Assembly (NCBI GenBank): GCA_000708835.1
Contig: DF236953.1
Coordinates: 172,990 to 236,989, forward strand
Reading direction: 5' to 3'
From: Klebsormidium nitens
Lineage: Eukaryota > Plantae > Klebsormidiophyceae
DNA length: 64,000 bases
Below, piece by piece: positions 1 to 9,611 of the stretch; within the stretch, counting starts at the first letter, position 1, and each line of letters begins with the position of its first letter. The position numbers and the translations under genes are program-made. The notes below the pieces were generated by a model. It was not told the origin of the DNA. It did not search any database and saw only the letters and a program-made list of their open reading frames with translations.

Positions 1-366
1 GAAATTGTACAACCTTATTTGAAGACCCTAGTATGAAAGTGGACTATCTCTACGTGTGGTACGAGAGACAATCCTTCCTCAACTTGACAATGACACATTA
101 CCCCTCGCTTCATGTCATCTCTCCCTTCAGGATTATTCTTGATGAAGTCACCGCTTACGACCGGTTCTGCTCTCGCCTCGGCGGAACTCATTTTAGCTAC
201 TGAAATCGGCCTTGCGCTGCGTAGGCCTTTCTTCGCCAATGCTTCGTTCCGTAGATTAAGCTGACCTTGGCTTGGCGGAACCTACTCAAGTTTTCTTTGA
301 TTGTGGCGTGCTTTCGGTTCCGCTTTCCGGGCAGATCTCCTTCTGAACGGAACACTTTGTCTGCAG

Positions 367-1916
367 TGTCAAGGGACGAGAGCTGCTGCGGGTCGTCTTT
401 ACCGCGTGGCTGGAGACACAGTGGCCGAAGCGGGGTGCAACAGGTGACGTCAGGGGCAGCTCGAGTGACGTTAGCACGGTAAGAGGAGTAGCACGTGGGG
501 GGATCGGGTTCATAAAAGCTGACCTTCAGAAAGTATTTGAACGTTGCTTGGCAATCTCGTTCAATAGACGAAAGCGAATATGGAACTGCGTATGGAACGG
601 TCAACCGTGAGATGGAGCCCATAATTTGCATAGGATACAAGATTCCGAATCTTACAATGAATGCTTCTGGACCTGCAACTAATATCCATGAATTCTTTGG
701 CAAGGATTGGCGTGACAAACCCCAACGGCGGTGAAAAGCCTCAAAAGTCGAGGACTTCAGCAATACAAACTCGCAACCGGCCTTTTGAAGGGCCCCAGTG
801 ATGGCTGCGATTAACTTTGGTTTACTTATTAGATGCTTGTCATATTTTCTCATTGCGGTCTATCATCTTTCCATTTTGAGCAGTCACGAAAGCCGCCAGA
901 AACGGCGAGCCAGGAGGAGCCAGCGGGGGGGTCCAACATGCGGGGCCCGGACCCCCCGGCGAGCGAGAAAGAGGCCCACTCAAGGAGAAGACAGTCTGTC
1001 GGTTCAATGCGAGCAACGACGGAGGCGCTGAAAGCGGCGCTCCTGGAAAGACGGTATGCATTTCCTCGATAAACACCAGTTTTGCATGAACTGTGGGGAG
1101 GGAATTCCTTGGAGTCCTTCTTGCGTGTCTGTCGAATTCCTATACTGTTAGTCATATTTACGCTTGGAAATATTCACACAGCGGCGTTTACAACCCGGGC
1201 TTTGCATGTGCCGTTCCGCTCACGCGCCCGTCAACGCAACGGAAACAATCCGGCTGTGCTATAAAACATGGATCTACGCCCGTTTGAGTAACCAGTCTCA
1301 GAATTGGAAAACATCCTGCATCTATGAAAAAGGGGACGAAAATGTTCAGCAGACTCGACCGACATTCTGCACTTTGACAATGAGCCCCTGTGTCCCGTCC
1401 ACTTATTAACGGTCAAAAATTGGCTGAGAAGGGGAACAGGACGGTCACGGTGTCTTGTGACCGTCCGTTACGTTGCGGCAATGTTTGACTGCTACTGTAA
1501 TGCCACATTTGACGCAATTTGTACAGCAGTTTGCCTGTAAACCGTCACGATTCTGGCGAGCGGAGCACGCGCGCTGTGCACGATAGCTCGGTGCGACACC
1601 CCTGCATAATCAGTGACGTCACCAGCAAAACCTGGAAAATGAAGTCGTCACTTTTCGACCGGATTGAGTTCCGATTGGCGTTCGTGAGTCACAGATCGTG
1701 CAAAGTAAGGCCGCCAGTGCCAGAATCGTGCACACCATTCTGGTCGTCGATGTTCTCGTGACAAGTTTCACGGCAACCGCTGACGTAACCCTGATTCTTT
1801 GGCCGCGCAGGTACGAACCGCCGGAGGACAGCCACGCCCCCGCAGACGCTGAGCTTCGACGCTTGCGGGACATCTTGGCGAGGCTCGAAATGGACAGAGA
1901 GGACGTTACAAACTGA
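367..1916 (+). CDS. 3' exons of an unidentified gene entering from the left edge (exons 367-478, 884-1053, 1811-1916)
   Basis: Canonical ag/gt boundaries with compatible phases (2->0, 0->2, 2->stop). Joined peptide VKGRELLRVVFTAWLETQWPKRG...SRKPPETASQEEP...ALKAALLERRYEPPEDSHAPADAELRRLRDILARLEMDREDVTN*. No family recognised; upstream exon linkage unresolved. Confidence 0.45.
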
Positions 1917-2837
1917 TCAACGGGTGTATATAGAGAAGCATGACATCATGATCTGCGCCGCCAGCTCAACTCCATGGCAACGGCAATTTGCGGAACCAAA
2001 CCACCCTCATGATGGTCCATATGGGTGTAAGTGGATTTCAACCTCGCATGTGATTGTCGATATTGATCGGCTGCCATAATGTTTTGAGTTGAGCACTTCG
2101 CGCATCATAACGGGGATGTAAAGGGGGCGCGCTGCATGGTAGACTCGAAACATCCCGCCCCGGCCCGCCGCTCGCACATTATTTGCGTCGAAATTGATAG
2201 CGCATGAATTCAAACATCAACTCGGGCGCACTTTGCAATCAAGTACATCGAATCCAACCGGGCCTCATGTGCTTGCAGCAACATGCGTATGTATGTGGCT
2301 ATCGATGACGAGCAGATCGGAAACAATCTATGCCCTAGCTTCAGTTCTCAGTTAAGATCGGAAAGCAAAGAAATTTCAGTGAGCAGACACGCGTGCGACA
2401 AAGTTTCGATAATGGTTTCAAATTCTCTTTTAAATACGTGGATTTCCACGATACATACTTGCATCAGTGGTATACCCCGTCTGACTCATCGAAGACGTTG
2501 GATTGAACAAATGCAAATTGATCATTTCCAAATTAAGCAAACCTGAAGTGAAGGAAGTACTGATGCTCTCGCTTCTACCGTACAATCAAATGGCAAGCAG
2601 AGGGTGCAAACATGAGTAAATCCTCCGAGAAGAGCCAAGGCGGGATGCCCCTGCACACGCCGCCTTCCAAAGCTTGGAGACAGAATGGCCGGAGCAAGCA
2701 TGCGGTTTGCTCCTAAATGATCATGTTCTAAACGGTTCGTATCTCACTAAAGTGATGTATCTACCTGTCTACACAAACGCACTTTTAGAGCAAAGCAACC
2801 AATGATTGTCGCAACCCGAGCCGCTTCACATCGACGG

Positions 2838-5800
2838 TCAGCTAACGGGCACACTCCACGGGCTGTCCGTGTGTCCGTACTGGACGTCCATGATCGTCCG
2901 CATTAACCGGCCCGCTAAACTGGTCGTGGGCTCCTTTTGCGCGCCGTACGTCGTCCCCGGTTTCCGGTCGATCCAACGGCTCGTTTCGGCGCTGTCAAAG
3001 GGCACCGTCAAAGCTGTGCCGTCCGATTTGAGCAACGTGCTGATGGGCTGGATGATGACAGCGGTCCCGGTCCCGAACATTTCGAGCATGCGGTTTTCGG
3101 CGACCGCGGCCTCGATCTCGCGCCACCGGATGGGGCGCTCCGCGACCTCGAATTCGCTCCAGCTTCGGACTAACGACAGAACCTGCAGATGGAGCGTATC
3201 GTTGATGAGGCTCTGTTGTTGGCGGCTCTTTAGCAAGTTTCGCTGTCGATTGGCCAATCCTCGTCTTTGTGGGCGCTGAAGAAAAGGGCTGAAGATACTC
3301 TTGACAGATGATCGTTTGGCATGGTCCACACGGGCTGTGTGTTGAATACACTTAAGAGGACTGTCTCGCAAAAATACCGGGAGACGCAGAAAAAACGGAA
3401 CTCTGAGAGAATCCTGCACGCGAGACGTGATACATAGACCGGGAATCTCTGTCAAGGTCCGCGAAAGACAGCTTTCTCACACTGAGCCGTTAATACAACA
3501 CAGCGGGAGCCAATCCACGTGCCTAGCTGCCTCTCCACCGAAGGAAGCCAGATACAGTTGTAACGAGCATGGAGAATTTCCACCCAAAATGCTGAAGCAA
3601 CGATGCAATCTGAGAACCTCACCGTGTCTCTCGTCACTCCCGGCAGTATCATGCCGTCCAGCGGGGGCGTCACCAGTTCCTTTTTGCCGTCCTTTCTCCG
3701 CCACAGGAAAAAGACGTTCATCGCGCCAGACTCGCCCACGATGCCGTCACCTGACCAACAGAGAAAACGGACTCCATTTAGCCGACAATCTGATGGAGTC
3801 AGGAGGCAACAGAACTTCATTGAAGACAGAACCCAGTAGGAATGAGAACCTCTAGGGCTTGAGCTTGAGCTTGAGCTGAAAACGCGCTTTTGGGAGCTTC
3901 TATATGATTTTTCTAGATCTGATGATCGACCAGACGGACGGGACGCGAAGCCTCGTCGAAGAACGCAACCTCAAGGTCTAGGGCGGTGCCACGGCAGGTT
4001 TGAGTCCGAGGTCACATTTGTAATGGATTCAGCCCCCACGTCGAAACCAGAAGCCAACCTTACAGAAAGCAACGAAGCGCGCCGTTCGAGACCAACAACA
4101 AAGAACCCGCACAGCCCTGACATCAGCAACAGAGCATAAGGCGGTATCGAAGTCCACGCCACGCAATCTCAGTCACCAGAGTTCAACGCCAGCCCACCTT
4201 CCGCCCCGTTGTCCAGCACCTGCTGGCAGACCGCCACCAACGGAATCCAGTTCGGCGTCAATGCCCACAAAACACAGTTCTAGTCACTAAACTTTGACAC
4301 CAGCTCACCTTCCGCCCCGTTGTCCAGCACGTACAGCACCTGCTGGCACCCGAGCGCCGCCGCCTGCACCTGGGGGCGGATCGTGCTGGCGTAGTTCCCC
4401 CCCACTTTGCAATCGCCCACTCCCCCGGGCCACGCGCGCGCATGCCGCGTGTCGACGAAAAGCTTGATCGGCTTGACACCGGTCGGGAAGTACGGACCGA
4501 CCGGGGAGATGATGGTGTAGAGAAGGGCGGCGGAGGGTGGGGCGATGCCCAGGGTGGGGGTTGTGGCGATGTACGTGGGACGGAGGTACCTGGGGGAAGG
4601 AACCGGGGGGAGGATAAGAACCTGACGGAAAAACTCGTACAGCAAATGACATTCAAAACTTTCTTTTGATTTCCAGTTTCCTTTTTCCGCCGTGGGGCGG
4701 AGGTACCTGGGGGAAAGAACCGGGGGAAAATGAGAGTCTGAGCGGAGGATGAGGATATACGTGTGGTGGAGGTACCCGAAGGAAGTAACCTAGTGAAGAT
4801 AATAGAATCTGACTGAAAGGATATACGTGGGGCGGAGGTACCTGGCGGAAGGAACCAAGGGAAGATGAGAGTCTGACTGGAGGATACACGTGGGGCGAAG
4901 GAACCTGGGGGAGGGAACCGGGGGAAATAAGATTCCAACTGGAAGATACACATGGGGCGGAGGTACCTGAAAGGAAGGAGCGGGGGAAACGTAGAGTTTG
5001 ACTGGAAAATATACGTGGGGGCGGAGGTACTTGGGGGAAGGAAACGGGGGGAAAGAAGAATCTGACTGGAAGACATACGTGAGCAGAAGTACCTGGGGAA
5101 CGGGAACCGGGGGTAAAGGAGACTCTGACTGAAAGATATACGTAGGGCGAAGTGCTTGGACAAAAATCTGGGGGAGAAGTAGGATGTGACTGGAAGATAC
5201 ACGTGGCGCGGAGGTACCTGGGGGAAAGAACCGGGGGTTTAAGGTTCTGACTAGAAGGAAAAGGGAGAGACATGAGTGTCTGAGTGAGGAAGACAAGGGG
5301 GAGGGAAAGAAAGCTTTCAAGTGCTAGTGAAACAGGGTTGATAAGTTGTCTCTGTTGTATTAACAGGAACTTGCGAGAACGTGTCGATGCCTGGTTGCAT
5401 ATTCAGGAGTCCATGAAGGTCAAGGAGCTGCGCTGGTATTTGGTCGCAGGAGGAGGACCGCAAGGGAGAAGCGTAAAACTATCAAAAGGTGGATTCATTT
5501 GGTCACCACAGAAAAAACCCAAGTGTTGGGGTAGAAGTAATCAGATGCAGCGACTGAGAAGTCCTTGGTGGGAGGAAGAAGCGACTAGCTTTTAGGTTCT
5601 CGCTCGTAGCGTAGAATCACATCGAACGAACGAAGAAGAAGGAATTGTCTGGAATCTTAGGGGGGGAAGAGAGGAGCGCTCGAGCAGGACATTGTCGAGT
5701 GGTCGCTGTCCAGTACGACTTATGAGCGGGCATTCCAACACGTCAAGCCTGATCCGTTCTGGCTCGCTTTAAACTGCAGCTGGGAACCCTCTTCGATGTA

Positions 5801-7997
5801 AAGAAGAAGGATAGAGATTCCGAGCTGCCAGCGAAGATATTTCGCCGACTCAACGGAATGAAGAACGGAGTTAGCTCCATAAGATAGTGTGACGTGGCGG
5901 TTGGATATGCGTCCCCCTTCACATCCTAGAATCACAGCCCCACGGCGCAATTTTCACGACTTCAAAGATTCACGGAACCGTCAGCCCAGAACTCTCGACA
6001 AACTCACAAGGAAAAGCCTTCTTTGTCCGGCAGCCAGTCCCGCTCCACTCGGAGTAGCTCCTTTATGCACTCCAGATATTCAACCTGCATTGAAATAAGT
6101 CCCGGAATCTGTCGGGACGGCTGACAGTGAGGGTTCCAAGGATCCACAGTCCGTGCGACATTGCATCTCAACACAATGCAATCTGCAACTAATTACTGCT
6201 TCGTCGATTTGTGGACCTACGAGCACTTTCTCTGCGCCATGATGATTTGAATGAACCGTGCCCGGCTCGAAAGGCTGTCGTCGACCCGGAATCTCGTCTT
6301 GAGGCAGATCAGCAAACCTGGGCTTCCCCCTTTCGTTATCTTTGGCACAAGTCATTGAGGGAATCAGGACGCCAATACAAAATCGGGTAATCAAAATGCG
6401 CTTAGATGAAGCCAAACAGCGGGATGTGGGAAGCAAACGGTCTGTACAAAACTCGGCTAATGAACTCCCAACGAGCAGTGTGCTTTCTCGCTCGCATAAA
6501 ATATAGGTTCACTGATGACGGACGGCCGAAAGAAAGAAGCCAGTGAGACAAGTCAACCGAACCGTTCCAAAGAGATCGAGCGTTTACCTTCTCAAAGTCG
6601 GGCAGGTTCAACCGTTGAGCTGACCGTGCCAACCGGTCCATGTTCTTGTCAGGCCGGAACATTCTGATCCGCCCATCAACGCCCATGTAAGCCTGCGTAA
6701 ATCAAATATATTACTCATCAGCTAGCGCCGTGACCTGGATCTGCCACCTTCGAGTGTGACATCGTGCACTGCGAGCGTGCATGTGTAAAAGGAACCAAGT
6801 CGACCGGAGTTGAAGAGCCGTCACCTGGTTAAAGGCGGCTGTGAACTGATGATGCGGAAGGAGTAGACGTGCCATTGAAAGTGATTCACAGCAATCTGAA
6901 AAACGCGAACCTGGATCGAGCCCCACACCTTATGACCAAAATCTTCGTGGAAGCTGCGGGAAATTATGTCCCCAATCCGCTTGCTTCAAGCATGCGATGC
7001 CTCTTATGTCGATGGAAAAACCTGGGGCCCACTTCACGCCAAAACGCAGGACACCACGTTTTGCACCATCATAATCGAGTCGATCGATCGTCCTTCTCTC
7101 CTTTTCACCAGGACCACTTATTACTGGTCTAAATGTCGTTGCAAATCGCTTTGCAACAGCTCCGACCCATCGACCGACTCCCCAGCGTCACTTGGGCATT
7201 CGAGCACCAGCCTACAGGTCCCACCTTCATTCCTTCGAAACACTCGATGCCATAGTGCAGAACCTGCGCCGCGGGGTGCAGCTGCAGCGGGGCGAGCGGG
7301 TCAATCGACGGTGCACTCCAGCCCGTGTTTACGTTCCACGCTGCCTGGAGCATGTGGTCCGTCATAATCCGCCCGAACAGCAGCTCTGAGAGGGCCGGTT
7401 TTGGCTGCACATTAGAAATGCCTGCTCTGTCACACTGGGCTAGACAATTTGACAAGGAGTCTTTGTCGAACAATGTAGAGACAAACTTGTCAGCTCTGTC
7501 ACAGTCACGAAACCTCTCCACAGAGAGTTCATTCAGTCAACGAAGTACTGGAGTCTTGCAAGTCCCTTCACACAAATACAAGACAGCGTCTGATTAGTTG
7601 GACTTGGCGTCAGCTCTGATATGACAACTTCGACCAGTTGAGTCCAGAAAGTTCGGTGATTGATTGCCTGAAGCCAACTCGCCCAGCCTAACAAGATGAG
7701 TGCTCCCACCTTGGGCGTGGTAGTTCTGTTCACCACCAAGTCCTCACTGCGTATACTGGCCAACCCATCCGCATCCTCAATCGCCGCAGCAACAGCGCTC
7801 ACGTCGAGCCGCCCCCCCGCCCTCATGAACAGCGGCGCAGTCCCACTGTACAATCGGAAGCCTTCTGCCGAACCGACGGGGGCGCTGTCTGAAGTACTGG
7901 GAATAGCATCTTCACAGGGGCAGAGTGTGGCAGCTCGAATGTGGCTTAAGGTCCCGCTCGCTGCGCGAACGGCAGAGCGGAGGCGTGTGGTCAACAT
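2838..7997 (-). CDS. BCAT: Branched-chain amino acid aminotransferase with N-terminal targeting-like extension, 467 aa; exons 7997-7710, 7404-7225, 6692-6588, 6084-6008, 4589-4309, 3750-3623, 3182-2838
   Basis: Class IV PLP aminotransferase motifs [74 protein letters not shown]. All six introns are GT-AG and phase-consistent; total 1404 nt. Confidence 0.96.
4190..4228 (-). repeat. Intronic copy of the BCAT exon-5 3' end plus donor site
   Basis: + strand 4190 cagcccaccttccgccccgttgtccagcac-ctgctggca versus true junction 4301 cagctcaccttccgccccgttgtccagcac(gtacagcac)ctgctggca. Confidence 0.92.
4572..5258 (-). repeat. Degenerate ~63-bp tandem array (10 units including the true junction) built from the BCAT exon-5 acceptor and exon start
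   Basis: Units start near 4572, 4691, 4757, 4823, 4886, 4948, 5011, 5076, 5139 and 5199. + strand consensus (t/c)acgtggggcggaggtacctgggggaaggaaccgggggaa..gagtctgactggaagata. Confidence 0.95.
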
Positions 7998-9611
7998 CTG
8001 CAGTAGAGAAGAGTTGAAGTGGTTGAGACACCTGTTGATGTGAAGGTGATCAATCTTGAAGGTGACCGCCACAAAATAAGCAGCAGCCGTGCAAAAGATC
8101 GTCAATTGACTGCAACGAATCATCCAGAATAGGCGAGGGCTTTCAAACCTTCATGTGCCCTCATTTGTTCAGCGGACTTTCCTAAAAGTGAAAGTCATTG
8201 AACAAGGCCTCCTCCTGACTAGGCAACCTCCTGCCGTGCTTCTAGAACTTGCCGCTGCAGGCAAAGCAACCCCTGGACGGCGTTCTACTCGAGACAACTT
8301 TTGCATCAGGTTGAGGTCTCTGACTTGATTCAGGACTTATGTGACCTTGTCCTCTCACAAGATCAGTGTAGGACTTTTGTTTGACAATCTGACCAGCTTG
8401 TTAACCCGCATCCCCAGCTGAGATTCCAGACTTCTCCTGGGCTGATGATTTGAAACAACGAGGGGGTTAGCTTGCTTAACTCAATAATGACCCCAGCACT
8501 AACCTGAGGGCAGCTGCGGACTCTGTCTGCAAAGTTCAATTGTAGCTTGCCTTTCACAGATCACAGGGCAGCTTTAAACAAGACCAGCATCAAGGGCCCA
8601 GCAAAACCAACTTCCTCCTGTTTCTGCGTGCGCCCCCAAATGCATGAACACCTCTGAGTGACTAAAATGTCAGCTTGCACGTCTTGCCTTCTATCTGCCT
8701 CAGGAAAACCTTCGAAACATGAAGAGAGTACCCAAGCGCGGACTCCCAGCTGTGTATCACTTGTCGCTATATCTGTAAGCATGTCCTTTGCAGTATAGAG
8801 AGAAGCAACCTGTAAAGTTCAGTATGCAAAACCTAATCTGCTCTCCTAGCGCTGTAAACTGACACCAAACTAACGATCATGATCAGATTAGCAGCGAAGT
8901 GGGAGACAAGTCGCTGACATCACCCGTTAAGGAAGAGAGGACAATCGGCTCTAATACTTGACTTACCTTGGCCCTCTTACTCCACGACCTTCAAACACCA
9001 GTCCAACTTCAAACCAGCAACGCAGTGTCGAACCCCGATTGGCTGCTCAAAACGTTCCCTGCTACATCAGTTGCAACAATCCTGCTTGGCTCCTCAGCAC
9101 CCTTAAAAGATCGTTTTCCACAAAATGGATATGCAGCATGCCGCGTGCTATCTCCAGGTACAGTGGGAGAAGACAACACTTCGAGCGACGCCATGCCAGA
9201 GCTCTGCATGTCAAGGGCAAAGAGCTGCTCCGAATCAGATCCTCAGCTAGGGTACAGCAACTGCCGCCCGAACCGCGGCGGTGCTCAGGAGAGCTCGAGC
9301 TAGCCATCCGATGGAATACTTGCAAACTGGACGGCCGATATTGATCCCTCAAATTTGCCTCGCGCCACTTTGAATGAATCAGATCGATTCGAATGTGATT
9401 TGTCTCATCGGACGGTTCAATGTTCTGTCCGACTCAAAGCCTATGCAAACCACGTCGGTCGTGATTTGTTCGCGGGATCCCGCAAAATTTCCGCTTACTG
9501 GCAGTTCCGTTTCCGTTCTTCTAGGTGGAGGCTCCGGAAAAAGTTTCCTAGCTGTGAGTTTTAAATAGCGTCCTTTTCTCCTGCTCACCGTCCTTCCATT
9601 CTGCCGCAAAC

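Noticed and set aside
197-853. 218-aa minus-strand ORF
   Set aside because: No recognisable motif; overlaps better-supported plus-strand exons in antisense.
4258-5320. Long minus-strand Pro-rich ORFs (314, 206 and 176 aa)
   Set aside because: By-products of the stop-poor C-rich tandem array inside a BCAT intron; periodic peptides with no independent gene signals.
5367-5435. Exon-like plus-strand segment ([22 protein letters not shown]) inside a BCAT intron
   Set aside because: No partner exons or homology recognised; insufficient support for a nested gene.
6262-6318. [13 protein letters not shown] segment resembling the missing BCAT exon
   Set aside because: Wrong splice phase; the real exon ([19 protein letters not shown]) is at 6084-6008.
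8958-9352. Overlapping 96-128 aa ORFs between BCAT and yjbQ
   Set aside because: No family motifs or splice partners; probably leader or promoter sequence.
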